Shown here: positions 28,400 to 39,629 of the stretch, piece after piece
How the letters are laid out: each line of letters starts with the position of its first letter
How positions within the stretch are numbered: the stretch's first letter is position 1
Assembly (NCBI GenBank): GCA_964608455.1
Contig: CAZSNM010000006.1
Location: 1-54,975 of the forward strand
Origin: an uncultured Candidatus Bathyarchaeia archaeon
Lineage (GTDB): Archaea; Thermoproteota; Bathyarchaeia; 40CM-2-53-6; DTDX01
Direction: 5' to 3'
Length of the DNA stretch: 54,975 bases
The notes under the pieces: model-generated
What the model was told of the DNA's origin: nothing
Databases searched by the model: none
What the model saw: only the letters and a program-made list of their open reading frames with translations
Made by a program: the position numbers and the translations under genes

Positions 28400-30495
28400 A
28401 AACAACATTAATTATATGTGAAAAACCTGATGCTGCTTTGCATGTAGCTAAGGCATTAAGCGAAAATGGAGAAATTAAAAAACTTATAAAATATGATATA
28501 CCATATTTTGAGGTTAAAAACAATTCTGAAAAATTAATTATTTGCAGTGCAATAGGACATTTATATGAAGTGGATGTTAAAGGTAATGAAAAAAGAACTG
28601 AGTATCCAGTTTGGGATTTTACATGGAGACCAAAACATTTAGTTGAGAGAGGACAAAAAAAGCAGGAGAAATTTATTAAAGCTATAACTGAATTAGCTAA
28701 AGAAGCGGATCTTTTTATTAATGCATGCGATTATGATATTGAAGGTTCATTAATAGGTTATATGATTCTTAAATATGCATGTAAAGGAGCGCATGTTAAA
28801 GCTAAAAGAATGAAGTTTAGCACTTTAACCGTTAAAGAGTTAAGGGAAGCATATAAAAATTTAATGCCAACATTAGATTATCCATTGATTAATGCTGGTA
28901 TGTGCAGGCATGAAATTGATTGGTTATATGGAATAAATCTTTCCAGAGCATTAACTGAATCTGCTCGTAAATACAGTGGAAAATACTCGATTTTAAGCAT
29001 AGGTAGAGTTCAAGGTCCAACATTAAAGTTCATAGTTGAAAAAGAAAGGGAAATTCAAACCTTTGTTCCAAAGCCATATTGGGTAATTAACTCTAAAATA
29101 GATATAAATGGAGAAAAATTTAATGTTGAATATAAACTTTCCAAAATTGAAGAAAAAAATATTGCTAATAAAATTGTTAAGGAATGCTTTAAAAAGGAAG
29201 GAGAAATCATAGATGTTCAAAGCAAAACATATGAGTTGCCTCCTCCTCCACCATTTGATTTAACTCAACTTCAACTAGAGGCTTATAGGCATTTTGGGTT
29301 TACTCCAAAACAAACTCTTGATATTGCTGAGCGTTTATATCTTAACGCTTTAATTTCTTATCCTAGAACTTCAAGTCAAAAGCTTCCATCTACAATAGGA
29401 TACATGGAGATTTTAAACTCTTTAAAAGAAAATTCTCAATATAAAGATGCAATTAATGAGCTTTATGATATTAATGAGTTAAAACCTAATGAGGGAGAAA
29501 AAACGGATCCAGCTCATCCAGCCATTTACCCAACAGGGATTCAACCAAAAGAAGAACTATCAAGCAGAGAGAAAAAAATTTATGATTTAATAGTTAAAAG
29601 GTTTATAGCCACTTTTGGTGATTCATGCTTAAAGAAAAGCGAAAAAGCAATAATTAAAGTTAATGAACATATATTCTATTTAAGAGGAGCAAGAATTTTA
29701 AAGCCTGGATGGATAAAATTTTATTCACCTTATTTAAGCTTAAAGGAAAACTTGCTTCCACCTCTTTTCATAGGACAAAAAGTGTTTTTTGATGAGGTTA
29801 AAGCTGAAGAAAAATATACACAACCTCCATCAAGATTTAATCCAACAAGCCTTTTAAAACTTATGGAAGAGCAAAACATTGGAACTAAAGCAACTAGAGC
29901 TGAAATAATAGATATTTTATATAAAAGAGGTTATATTAAGGATGAACGAATAATTGCCACACCATTATCTTTTAAAATTATTAAACTTATGTTAAAATAT
30001 TGCTCTAAAGTAGTTAGCGTAGAGTTCACTAGAGAACTTGAAGAAATGATGAAGAAAATAGAGTTTGGAAAAGAAAAAAGAGAGAAAGTTGTTTTAAAAG
30101 CAGTTAACAATTTAAAACCAGCTATTATAGAGTTAAAAAATAAAGAGGTTGAAATAGGCAAGGAATTAAGCGAAGTTATAAAGCAAGTTAAAACTTTAGA
30201 TTTTACTATTAAAACTCCATGCCCAAACTGCGGCTCGCGATTATTAATAATTAAAAGTAAAAAAACTGGTAAAAGATTTATTGGTTGCTCAGGTTTATGG
30301 ATTGGAAAATGCCATTTTTCTCTTCCATTACCTCAAAAAGGAAAGCTATCCCTATTAAATAAAGAATGCCCTGAGTGCGGATTTCAAATGATTCAAGTAA
30401 AAATTGCGGGTAGAAAACCTATGATTTCCTGTCCAAAATGTTTTATTACCAATTTAAATAGCAAAAAATTAACCATAACAAAAGCAAGTAATTAA
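28396..30495 (+). CDS. topA: DNA topoisomerase IA
   Basis: EKP, ACDYDIEG, GRVQGP, ISYPRT, HPAIYP, GTKATR; C-terminal zinc ribbons. Confidence 0.96.
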   Translation: MKTTLIICEKPDAALHVAKALSENGEIKKLIKYDIPYFEVKNNSEKLIICSAIGHLYEVDVKGNEKRTEYPVWDFTWRPKHLVERGQKKQEKFIKAITELAKEADLFINACDYDIEGSLIGYMILKYACKGAHVKAKRMKFSTLTVKELREAYKNLMPTLDYPLINAGMCRHEIDWLYGINLSRALTESARKYSGKYSILSIGRVQGPTLKFIVEKEREIQTFVPKPYWVINSKIDINGEKFNVEYKLSKIEEKNIANKIVKECFKKEGEIIDVQSKTYELPPPPPFDLTQLQLEAYRHFGFTPKQTLDIAERLYLNALISYPRTSSQKLPSTIGYMEILNSLKENSQYKDAINELYDINELKPNEGEKTDPAHPAIYPTGIQPKEELSSREKKIYDLIVKRFIATFGDSCLKKSEKAIIKVNEHIFYLRGARILKPGWIKFYSPYLSLKENLLPPLFIGQKVFFDEVKAEEKYTQPPSRFNPTSLLKLMEEQNIGTKATRAEIIDILYKRGYIKDERIIATPLSFKIIKLMLKYCSKVVSVEFTRELEEMMKKIEFGKEKREKVVLKAVNNLKPAIIELKNKEVEIGKELSEVIKQVKTLDFTIKTPCPNCGSRLLIIKSKKTGKRFIGCSGLWIGKCHFSLPLPQKGKLSLLNKECPECGFQMIQVKIAGRKPMISCPKCFITNLNSKKLTITKASN

Positions 30496-30576
30496 ATTAA
30501 TTCTAAAAATTTATGTTAAAAACATATTTTTATTTCATTTTTACATTAAACTTTATAAAGATATTTTTAAGGGAGA

Positions 30577-31272
30577 GTGTTAACATTAAAAGTTAAATTG
30601 CTTTCTTATACACCTCAACCTGAAAAATTATGTGGAGTAGCTGCACGCTCATGTATTTCTAGAAAAACTCCAAGCGAATTAATGGATTTGCCTGAAGAAA
30701 AATTAAATGAAGCGTTAAGCAAAGCTTTAAGTAAAGGGCATCATTCAGTTATTGAGCATGCAAATTTTACATTTAGCCTCGAAGGAATATCAAGAGCATG
30801 CACACATCAATTAGTCAGGCATAGAATAGCTTCTTATTCTCAGCAAAGCCAAAGACATGTTGAGTTAAGCGAGCTTAACTATGTAAAGCCTCCATCAATT
30901 TTAAAAAACAATGAGGCATTAAAGATTTTTGAGGAATGCTTAAAAGCTATTGATGAAACATATAGAACTTTAATAAAAATGAATATTCCTTTAGAGGATG
31001 CTAGATATATTTTACCTAATGCTGCTTCAACAAATATTGTTGTTACAATGAATGCTAGAGAGCTTCTTCATTTCTTTGAGTTAAGATGTTGTCTTCATGC
31101 TCAATGGGAAATTAGAAAAGTAGCTTGGGAAATGCTTAAAAAAGTTAAAAAAGTAGCTCCTAAAATTTTTGAAAAAGCTGGACCACCATGCATTTCTAAA
31201 GGTGAATGCCCAGAAAAGGATTTTTCATGTCCATTTTTTAAAAGGTTTATAGTTAAAAATAAAAACATTTAG
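30577..31272 (+). CDS. thyX: FAD-dependent thymidylate synthase
   Basis: GHHSVIEH, RHRIASYSQQSQR, ARYILP, AQWEIR. Confidence 0.96.
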   Translation: MLTLKVKLLSYTPQPEKLCGVAARSCISRKTPSELMDLPEEKLNEALSKALSKGHHSVIEHANFTFSLEGISRACTHQLVRHRIASYSQQSQRHVELSELNYVKPPSILKNNEALKIFEECLKAIDETYRTLIKMNIPLEDARYILPNAASTNIVVTMNARELLHFFELRCCLHAQWEIRKVAWEMLKKVKKVAPKIFEKAGPPCISKGECPEKDFSCPFFKRFIVKNKNI

Positions 31273-31366
31273 ATTAGAAAATTCATTTAAGATTTTTCAT
31301 GTTGCTTAAGCTTGAACCTAATTTAAGATAATTAATTGTTTTTATGAATCTTTAAGCTGTGTAAAT

Positions 31367-32782
31367 TTAAGATTTAATTTTAACCCATTTTGGACCTTGA
31401 GGTGTATCTTCAATTATAAAACCTATTTTATTTAGTTTTTCTCTAATTTCATCCGAAAGCTTCCAATCTTTTCTTTTTCTAATTTCTTCTCTAATTTCCA
31501 AAATTAAATTCATTAAGTTTAAGATTGTTTCATCTTTTTCAGTGGTTTTCTCTTCAAGCTCAAAAATACCTAAAATATAAAAGAATTCTTTAAAAGCGTT
31601 TACTATATTTTCTAAATTCTTTTTTCCAGTTTTTTCTGAAATATAAGAGTCGATTTTCTTTGAAAAATTTATTAAGATTGCTAAAGCTTGAGGGGTATTA
31701 AAATCATCTTCCATAGCGTCATAAAAGCTTTTTTTAGCTGCTTCAATCTCATTAATAATTTCGTTGTTGCATTCAATTTCAATGGTTTTTTCAAGCAAAT
31801 TTAAAGCTTTTTTATAAACTCTATAAAGGTTTTCACTTATAACTTCAGCTTGTTTTAATTTTTCTTCATTAAAATCTATTGGGCTTCTATAATGGCTTGA
31901 AGCAAAAAATATTCTTAAAGCGTTTACACTATATTTTTTTAAAGCTTCCCTAATAGTTATATAGTTTTTTAAGGATTTAGACATTTTTTCTCCTTTAATA
32001 GTTAAAATGCCTGTATGAACCCAAAAATTCACCATTGGTTTAACTCCGCTTATTGATTCGCCTTGCGCTATTTCAGCTTCATGATGAGGAAAAACAAGCT
32101 CTATAGCTCCTCCATGAATATCATATTGCGGTCCAAAATAAGTGTAAGTTATAGCTGTATCTTCAATATGCCATCCAGGTCTTCCCTCCCCCCAAGGGCT
32201 TTCCCAAAAAGGTTCATTGGGTTTTCTGCTTTTCCAAAGAGCAAAATCTCCAGGATTTCTTTTTCTAGGATTGGGCTCAATTCTATGTTTAATTAATTCT
32301 TCAGGTTTTTGATGAGATAATTTCCCATACTCAGGAAATTTTGAAATATCAAAATATACATCACCATTAACTTTGTAAGCGCAACCTTTCTCAATTAAAA
32401 TAGATATTTGTTGAATTATTTCTTGAATATGCTCTGAAGCTTTAGCATATAAGTTTACACTTGAAATGTTTAGAGCTCTCATATCATTAAAAAATTCTTC
32501 AGTCATTTTTTTAGATAATTCAAATGGGTTAATGTTTAATTCTCTAGCTCTATTAATGATTTTATCATCTATATCAGTTATATTCATTAAAAAAAATACG
32601 CTGTAACCTAAAGATTTTAAAAATCTAGCTATAATATCATAGGCTACATAAGTTCTAGCATGTCCTATATGAGATAAATCATAAACAGTTGGACCGCAAA
32701 CAAACATATAAACCCTATTATTTCTTAAAGGTTTAAATTCTCTTTTCTCTCTAGTTAAAGTATCATAAATTTTTAAAACCAA
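31367..32782 (-). CDS. cysS: cysteinyl-tRNA synthetase
   Basis: CGPTVYD, HIGH, GRPGWHIE, FPHHE, KMSKS. Confidence 0.96.
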   Translation of the reverse strand: MVLKIYDTLTREKREFKPLRNNRVYMFVCGPTVYDLSHIGHARTYVAYDIIARFLKSLGYSVFFLMNITDIDDKIINRARELNINPFELSKKMTEEFFNDMRALNISSVNLYAKASEHIQEIIQQISILIEKGCAYKVNGDVYFDISKFPEYGKLSHQKPEELIKHRIEPNPRKRNPGDFALWKSRKPNEPFWESPWGEGRPGWHIEDTAITYTYFGPQYDIHGGAIELVFPHHEAEIAQGESISGVKPMVNFWVHTGILTIKGEKMSKSLKNYITIREALKKYSVNALRIFFASSHYRSPIDFNEEKLKQAEVISENLYRVYKKALNLLEKTIEIECNNEIINEIEAAKKSFYDAMEDDFNTPQALAILINFSKKIDSYISEKTGKKNLENIVNAFKEFFYILGIFELEEKTTEKDETILNLMNLILEIREEIRKRKDWKLSDEIREKLNKIGFIIEDTPQGPKWVKIKS

Positions 32783-32830
32783 CGGTTTTACACTCCAAAA
32801 ATTGCTTAAAATAAAAATAAGTGAAAAATT

Positions 32831-33313
32831 TTAAAGTTTATATCCAATTTTTCTAAGGAATTCTTTTCTTTCTTTTATTTCAGCTTCTCCTTCAACCCCT
32901 TTAGATTTAAATCCATCAATTACTCCTAAAATTCCTCTACCTTGCTCTGTTTCAACTAATATAACTTCAACAGGATTAGCTGTTGCACAATGAATTGTGC
33001 AAACTTCAGGAACAGCTTTAATTGCATTTAATACATTTATTGGAAAGGCATTTCTTAATAAGATTACGAAAGAATGTCCTGCACTTATATTTAAAGCATT
33101 TTTAACAGCAATTTCTTCTAATTCTTTATCTGTTCCAGCATGACGAATTAAGCATGGACCTGAAGCTTCGCAAAAAGCTAATCCAAATTTGATTCCTGGA
33201 ACAGAATTAACTAAAGCTTCATATAAATCCTCAACTGATTTTATAAAATGGGTTGTTCCAACAATAATATTGCATTCTTTAGGAATTTCCAATTTAACAA
33301 TTTTAAATTCCAT
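32831..33313 (-). CDS. adenosine-specific kinase family protein (DUF355)
   Basis: HFIKSVED, AFCEASG, ATANP, GILGVIDG, RKIGYK. Confidence 0.85.
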   Translation of the reverse strand: MEFKIVKLEIPKECNIIVGTTHFIKSVEDLYEALVNSVPGIKFGLAFCEASGPCLIRHAGTDKELEEIAVKNALNISAGHSFVILLRNAFPINVLNAIKAVPEVCTIHCATANPVEVILVETEQGRGILGVIDGFKSKGVEGEAEIKERKEFLRKIGYKL

Positions 33314-33360
33314 TTTTCTCGCCCAAAATAAAATTTATTTTTATTTTTATTTAAAGTTTA

Positions 33361-35436
33361 TTATAGCAGAGCATATAAAATGAATAATGGTGCTAAAGCT
33401 AAAGCAATAGTATTTAAAAGTTTAATCACAACATGAATTGATGGCCCAGCTGTATCTTTTAATGGATCTCCAACGGTATCCCCTATAACTGTAGCAGCAT
33501 GAGTGGGTGAACCTTTACCGCCTAAATTACCTGCTTCAACATATTTTTTAGAATTATCCATAGCTGCACCTCCATTATTCATGAATAAAGCCATAACTAC
33601 GCCAACGATTATTCCAACCATTTGCAAAGCTCCAAGCGCTTCAGCTCCTAAAACTAAACCTACAATTACTGGCACAACAATTATTAAAAGACCGGGTGAA
33701 ACCATATTTTTTAAAGCTGCCTTTGTGCTTATATCAATGCATCTTGCATAATCAGGTTTAGCCTTACCTTCAAGAATTCCAGGAATTTCCCTAAATTGCC
33801 TTCGTATTTCCTCAATCATTTCCGCTGCAGTTTTACCAACAGCTTTAATAGCTAAAGCACTGAAAAGAAAAATTAGCATTGCCCCTATAAAAGCTCCAAT
33901 AAAAACAGCTGGTTTACTTAAATCTATGCCTTTTAACCCAACAACTTCTAGAAAAGCAAAGAAAAGTAGAAAAGCTGAAAGTGAAGCTGAACCTACAGCA
34001 TAACCCTTAGTTAAGGCTTTAGTTGTATTGCCTATAGCATCCATTTTTTCAGATATTTCTTTTCCCTCGCTAGTTAAACCTGACATCTCAAGTATACCAC
34101 TGCTATTATCTGCTATTGGACCGAAACCATCTAAAGCCAATATAATTGGTGTAACAGAAAGCATACCCATTGTTGCTATAGCTGTTCCATAAATGCCTTT
34201 TTGAATAGCTTCCCAAGAGCCTTTACCAACTAAAACTGGAAGCCCTCCTCCTAAAGCAAAGCTAGCCAAAATAGCTATGGAAATAACAAATATAAATATG
34301 CCAGTTGATTCCATTCCAATTGCTAAACCAGTAATTATTCCTGGACCGGCTCCTCCTTTGGCAGAATTTGCAATTTCTAAAACAGGTCGTTTACTATAAG
34401 AAGTATAATAATTAGTTATTAAAGCAATTAAAGCAGCTGTTACTATGCCGATTACAGCAGCTAAAAACAAGTTTAAATTATTATTTAAAAGAATTCTAAC
34501 TAAAATATAGAAGAAAATCACACATAAAATAGAAGTAACCATTAAGCTTCTGAGTAATGGTTTAAATGGATCTTCACTTTCCTTTTTTGCATAAACAAAA
34601 AGCATTCCAATCATTGTTGCGATTAAACCGAAAGCTCTAGCTATAAGAGGGAAAAGCACACCATTCACACCATATAAAGAAAAAATTGCTGGAGCTAAAC
34701 CAAGAATCATAGCACCAATATTTTCAGCAGTTATAGATTCAAATAAATCAGCTCCTCTACCAGCTATGTCACCTACATTATCACCTACATTATCAGCTAT
34801 AACTGCTGGATTACGCGGATCATCTTCAGGAATGCCAGCTTCAACTTTACCAACTAAATCTGCGCTCATATCAGCTGCTTTAGTATATATTCCTCCACCA
34901 AGCTGAGCAAATAAGGCTGCAAAGCTTGCTCCAAACCCAAACCCAACAATTAATCTTGGATCTTTATTAAATAAAATATATAATCCAGCTATTCCTAAAA
35001 GACTCATTGAAACCACAGATAAACCAAAAACTAATCCGCCTCTAAAAGCTATTTTTAAAGCTTTATCAAAGCTTTTTCTAACAGCTGAAGCTGTTCTAAC
35101 ATTAGCAAGAACAGCAACTCGCATAGCTATGTAACCAGCCAAGTTAGAGCATAAAGCCCCTAGAATAAAACCAAAAGATGTTTGAATGCCAAGCCAAGGA
35201 TTATGGGGGTCTTTAATTGCTAAAGCGAATAAAAAAGCGAAAATAGCTGCAATAATTATTATTGATTTATATTGTCTTTTAAGGTAAGCTTCAGCTCCAG
35301 ATTTTATAGCTGAAGCGATTTCACGCATTTTTTCAGTTCCAGTATCTTGAATTAAAATATATCTTGTTAAAAAAGCAACTAAAATTAAGGCTATAGCGCA
35401 AACAATAATTATTAATGAAATTAAAGGATTAAACAT
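33361..35436 (-). CDS. hppA: membrane-bound pyrophosphatase, predicted K+-independent H+-PPase
   Basis: DLVGKVE, DNVGDNVGD, GDTVGDPLKD; GNTTKA carries the Lys diagnostic of K+-independent enzymes. Confidence 0.95.
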   Translation of the reverse strand: MFNPLISLIIIVCAIALILVAFLTRYILIQDTGTEKMREIASAIKSGAEAYLKRQYKSIIIIAAIFAFLFALAIKDPHNPWLGIQTSFGFILGALCSNLAGYIAMRVAVLANVRTASAVRKSFDKALKIAFRGGLVFGLSVVSMSLLGIAGLYILFNKDPRLIVGFGFGASFAALFAQLGGGIYTKAADMSADLVGKVEAGIPEDDPRNPAVIADNVGDNVGDIAGRGADLFESITAENIGAMILGLAPAIFSLYGVNGVLFPLIARAFGLIATMIGMLFVYAKKESEDPFKPLLRSLMVTSILCVIFFYILVRILLNNNLNLFLAAVIGIVTAALIALITNYYTSYSKRPVLEIANSAKGGAGPGIITGLAIGMESTGIFIFVISIAILASFALGGGLPVLVGKGSWEAIQKGIYGTAIATMGMLSVTPIILALDGFGPIADNSSGILEMSGLTSEGKEISEKMDAIGNTTKALTKGYAVGSASLSAFLLFFAFLEVVGLKGIDLSKPAVFIGAFIGAMLIFLFSALAIKAVGKTAAEMIEEIRRQFREIPGILEGKAKPDYARCIDISTKAALKNMVSPGLLIIVVPVIVGLVLGAEALGALQMVGIIVGVVMALFMNNGGAAMDNSKKYVEAGNLGGKGSPTHAATVIGDTVGDPLKDTAGPSIHVVIKLLNTIALALAPLFILYALL

Positions 35437-35516
35437 TTTAAACGTTCCCTCAAGCTTTTGATTTATTGCAATTAACTAAATTAAAAAAAAGAGGGTGAAA
35501 TAAAAAGTTTTATGAG

Positions 35517-35843
35517 TTATGCAGTTCTTTTCGCTGCTTCCAACTCTTTTTTAAGAGCTTCAATTGTTGATTGAAGAGCTAAAACTTTTCTTCGTAAAGC
35601 TTCAGCTTCAAATCGTTTAATATTAAGCATTTTAATTTTAGCTAGCAATCTTGATCTTAAAGCATTAAATTTATTTATTGGAACAGATCTGGATAGTTCA
35701 GCGCTTAACATAGCTACTCGATTTTTTAGTTCTTCAATTTCTTTTGCTGAAGCTTTAGGTTTAGCTTTTTTAACTGTTTTAGGTTTTGCAACTTTCTTTT
35801 TTGATAATAATGCTTTTGAGGCTTTACCCTTTTTAGCAGGCAA
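35517..35843 (-). CDS. very basic protein with Lys/Ala/Pro-rich N-terminal tail and coiled coil
   Basis: RBS GGTGA 6 nt before TTG; PAKK/AKPK-rich tail; heptad pattern. Confidence 0.7.
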   Translation of the reverse strand: MPAKKGKASKALLSKKKVAKPKTVKKAKPKASAKEIEELKNRVAMLSAELSRSVPINKFNALRSRLLAKIKMLNIKRFEAEALRRKVLALQSTIEALKKELEAAKRTA

Positions 35844-35983
35844 TTTTATTCACCTTTATCGCATTAAAAACATAATAACATTAATTATTACTTTATCTAA
35901 AGAATAAATATAAAAGGTTTTGTCTCTTAAGATAAAGGAAGTTTAACTATTTTATTTCTATTAACAAAAAGAAAAATTTTCTT

Positions 35984-36412
35984 TTAAAATTTTGCTTTTC
36001 CCTGAATTTCTTTAAGAATTAATTTTTCAATTGTGCAAACGCTTTTACCAAATATTTTTTCTAAAGCAATAAAGAATTCTTCAGGTTTCTTTACAATATC
36101 ATTAAATTTTAAAGAAAATTTTTCTTCAAGATAGTTTTTTATTGCTTGAAATACGGCATCTCCAAGGGTTTCTTGCAATTTAGACTCAATAATATTTATA
36201 AGAGCATTTTCAAAGCTTAACTTTTCTTGAGCAAAAACCTTTTCATGCATTTTTATTAAATCAATTAATATCTTCCTTTCTACACAAAGCTTAATATTTT
36301 TAGCATTAAAATAATTATCGTTACTAATATTAATTTGATAATTGCAAGATTCAGTTAAAATATTCATATTGAATCTCCGAGAAAAAATAGTAAATAATTT
36401 AAATATGAACAT
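35984..36412 (-). CDS. hypothetical protein with DUF3227/NitrOD5-like C-terminal domain
   Basis: LQETLG..AIKNYLE..KPEEF..ALEKIFG..IEKLI pattern; start uncertain. Confidence 0.55.
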   Translation of the reverse strand: MFIFKLFTIFSRRFNMNILTESCNYQINISNDNYFNAKNIKLCVERKILIDLIKMHEKVFAQEKLSFENALINIIESKLQETLGDAVFQAIKNYLEEKFSLKFNDIVKKPEEFFIALEKIFGKSVCTIEKLILKEIQGKAKF

Positions 36413-36619
36413 ATTTCAAAAATAAATGGAATTTAGTTTAAATCTCTAAAGGATTTAATCATTAATGTTTTAACTTATTTTTTTATTTTATTTTTCATAA
36501 TAGCAACTCAAGTTTAAAAATAGGCATGAACTAATAGCTTAGTTATTTTTTAACTTTAAAAAACAAAAAACTAATTAAGAAATAGAATAAACAATTTAAA
36601 AAAATTATTCCTTAATTTT

Positions 36620-38515
36620 TTAACAGCTTAATTTTTCAGGTGAAATATACTCGCCAAACTCTTCTTTAGCTTTAAGTAAACGCTTACGCTGCGCTTCAAG
36701 CTCTTCAAAAAGTTTTTGGGGGGCTTCAGGAGCGTTTTCTCGATAAAATTTTTCTACACGATTGATTTTAGCTAAATTTTCTTTAACACGAATAGTAAAT
36801 TGTTTGGTATATTCTTCAATAGTATAGTTTCTATTAAGTACTTCGCGAAAAAGCCTGCGAAGATCTTCATAGTTAGGAATAAAACCTGTTGGAGATTTTA
36901 TAGCATCAACTTCATTATGCACTCGAAGCTCCATCCATTTTATCCACACTCTTTTATCAAGTTTACTTGTTACAAATTCTCCCGTTGCTTTATCTCGAAG
37001 AAAATAGTTAACTCCAAAAATGATCGGGGGCTTTTTAAGTTTTTCACCAAATTCTAAGTGATTACGAATGTATTTGCCTAAAGGAATAGAGACAAAATCT
37101 TGAATACTCATTAAATTTATCTCATATTTACCTTCCTCTTCTACAATTGCAAATGTTGTTTCAGTCTCAAGTGAAGCGCCATAAGCGATAACTCCATGAC
37201 TCCAATTAAAGCTTTGCTGAACTGGTACGTAAGCTCTAGCATCTCTACAACCATAAATTATTCCTCCAAGCTCCACACCCATTGGATTATCTAATTCAGG
37301 ATCACAATTTTTTAATGCTTTTAGAGATATTGTATAACGAGCATTTTTATGGGATAAGGGAATTTCCTCCCCTTTTTCATCAAGCTTACCTTCATACCAG
37401 TATCCACTATAGTTTATTCCATCTTTAGGAAGATCACAACCCATACCTATCCAATAAGGTTTACCATTCTTTACTAATACATTTGAAAAAATAACTTCAT
37501 TTGGAGATGTAATAGCTTCCCAAATTAACGGATCATCAATAGGATTTACATCTTTAATTATTCCGAAAACTCCTGCTTCAGCATTTACAGCACGGCAAAC
37601 TCCATTAATATTGCGAAGATAAGCAATATCATCACCTAAAATAGTGTTTCCTGGAATCATAGCCGTAGAAGTTTTACCGCAAGCGCTTGGAAAAGCTCCT
37701 GCAAAATAGGTTTTCCGATTATTTGGTCCATGCACACCAGTTAACATCATATGCTCAGCTAACCAACCTTCCCGATCAGCTTTGCGAATAGCAAGGCGAA
37801 GAGCAAGCTTTTTAAAGCCTAAACTATTACCTGCATATTGGGTATTTACAGAATAAATAGTATCCTCAATATAATCAATATAAATGCGTTTTTTATCCAT
37901 GTTTATACTTACCATTTTTTCATTTAATTCTCCAGCTGAATGTAAAACTTTAAAAATAGAGTTTTGAGTTCCATTTTTCTGAAACATTTTAAATGCTGGA
38001 CGATAAAGCAAATGAGCAGAATGCGCAACATACCAAGAATCTGTACATTCTATGCATGGAATGCTAAATATTGAATTAGGTGGACCTAATGAAAGAAAAA
38101 GAACTATCATTGTACGGTTTTTCATAGAATTTCTTAATAACTCTTTTATTTCAGCTAAACCTTTTTCCCGTTCAATTTGATTAAGATTTTTATTAAGAGA
38201 ATCCCATTTTGGAACAAGATATTTTGTAACTTCTCTATCTCGACCTTGATCTTGAGGATTATCAAAATGATAGGTATGACCGGGGGTTGCTAATGGAATT
38301 TCTTCTCCAGTAGCTATCGCTTGATTTCGAACATAGCTTATATCTTTGGGAGAGTCGCTGCAAATAAAGATTTTATCTGGATTGCAAAGCTCTGCAGCTT
38401 CAGCGATAAATTGATGAATTTTATGGTTAGATATTGAGGATAACTTTAAATAGTCAATTTCACTCATTTTCATTTTTAATGTTTCAAGATGTTGCAGCAT
38501 TTTGCATAGTGGCAC
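36620..38515 (-). CDS. pckG: GTP-dependent phosphoenolpyruvate carboxykinase (true start probably ~38465-38472)
   Basis: YAGNS, WLAEHM, FPSACGKTS, GDDIA, NAEAG.FG, HKNARY, VNYF. Confidence 0.93.
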   Translation of the reverse strand: MPLCKMLQHLETLKMKMSEIDYLKLSSISNHKIHQFIAEAAELCNPDKIFICSDSPKDISYVRNQAIATGEEIPLATPGHTYHFDNPQDQGRDREVTKYLVPKWDSLNKNLNQIEREKGLAEIKELLRNSMKNRTMIVLFLSLGPPNSIFSIPCIECTDSWYVAHSAHLLYRPAFKMFQKNGTQNSIFKVLHSAGELNEKMVSINMDKKRIYIDYIEDTIYSVNTQYAGNSLGFKKLALRLAIRKADREGWLAEHMMLTGVHGPNNRKTYFAGAFPSACGKTSTAMIPGNTILGDDIAYLRNINGVCRAVNAEAGVFGIIKDVNPIDDPLIWEAITSPNEVIFSNVLVKNGKPYWIGMGCDLPKDGINYSGYWYEGKLDEKGEEIPLSHKNARYTISLKALKNCDPELDNPMGVELGGIIYGCRDARAYVPVQQSFNWSHGVIAYGASLETETTFAIVEEEGKYEINLMSIQDFVSIPLGKYIRNHLEFGEKLKKPPIIFGVNYFLRDKATGEFVTSKLDKRVWIKWMELRVHNEVDAIKSPTGFIPNYEDLRRLFREVLNRNYTIEEYTKQFTIRVKENLAKINRVEKFYRENAPEAPQKLFEELEAQRKRLLKAKEEFGEYISPEKLSC

Positions 38516-38681
38516 CTTCTCGAAACGTGTTTTTCTTTTTGCTTAAAGTTGCAACTCACTAAAGTTATAAAAACAAAAATATAAGTTTTTTTAATGAAAA
38601 GTTGACGAAACGCAGATTTACATTTAAATTTTATAACAAAATGGAAAAGTTTAAAAGCTTCATTTAAACGTAAAATAATTT

Positions 38682-39158
38682 ATGCTTAGCAAAAAAGATC
38701 TCTTATTATTGAAAGAATTAATAAAAGATAGCAGACAAAAAATAACGGATTTAGCAGTTAAATGCAATTTAACTAGGCAAAGCGTTTATGAAAAAATTAA
38801 AGAGTTTATTAATAAAGGTGTAGAATTTACAATTGATGTAGATCCGAAAAATCTAGGATTAAATTTAACCGCATATATTTTGATAGTTGCAGATCCTCAT
38901 AGGGAATTTCGAAAAGAAACAGATAACCTAATAAAAGAGTTTAAAGAAGTATCGCAAATACATTATATTCTAGGCAGATTTGATGTAATAGCTGAAGTTA
39001 TTGTAAAAGATATGGATGAATTTAGAAATGTTCTAAATAAAATTCAAAGTTTACCAGCCGTAAAAAAAACTGAAACATTAATGGTTTATGAAACCACAAA
39101 AAGAAATAGGATAGATCCATTATTAAAGGCTATAGAGGATCAATTAAATTTAATGTAA
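38682..39158 (+). CDS. Lrp/AsnC family transcriptional regulator, divergent from pckG
   Basis: DSRQKITDLA..LTRQSV HTH; RAM domain GRFDVIAEV. Confidence 0.9.
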   Translation: MLSKKDLLLLKELIKDSRQKITDLAVKCNLTRQSVYEKIKEFINKGVEFTIDVDPKNLGLNLTAYILIVADPHREFRKETDNLIKEFKEVSQIHYILGRFDVIAEVIVKDMDEFRNVLNKIQSLPAVKKTETLMVYETTKRNRIDPLLKAIEDQLNLM

Positions 39159-39277
39159 ACATAACTTTATTTTCAAATTTTTCCTCATTAAAAAGGGTAG
39201 AAACCAATTTAATTTTAACATTTAATTCAATAAACCATTTAACTAAAGAAGAATGGTTTTCCATAATAAAAGGAGTT

Positions 39278-39544
39278 GTGAATAAAATGGGGGAGCTATG
39301 CGAAATAAAATATGAGTTAAAAATTAACCCTGTTAATAAAGCTATTCCAACTCAAAAAGAACATATTGAATCCTTAAAAGGGGTTTTAAGTCAAAAACAA
39401 ATTAGTAAAATGAAAAAGGAAGCAATAAACTGCATAGTTAAAAATAAAACAGTATCTTTTATAGAGTGTTTTTGCTGCAAAAACTTTGTAAGAAGAATAA
39501 AGGGAATAGTCTATTGTAAAGGAGATTCGCTTGATAAAATTTAA
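39278..39544 (+). CDS. Cys-rich hypothetical protein
   Basis: C..ECFCC..C cluster; AAGGAG upstream. Confidence 0.6.
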   Translation: MNKMGELCEIKYELKINPVNKAIPTQKEHIESLKGVLSQKQISKMKKEAINCIVKNKTVSFIECFCCKNFVRRIKGIVYCKGDSLDKI

Positions 39545-39629
39545 GGTTTAGATTTAAAAATAATCTTTATTATTTTCCTCCTTATTTATTGAAAGTGACC
39601 TTTAAAGTTTTTATGGAGAGAATAAGCTT

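Noticed and set aside
38516..38620. Repeated CGAAACG between pckG and the Lrp gene as operator sites
   Set aside because: Only a 7-bp match seen twice; insufficient without comparative data.
39232..39260. AAACCATT..AATGGTTT inverted repeat
   Set aside because: An 8-bp AT-rich arm can arise by chance in this composition; function unsupported.
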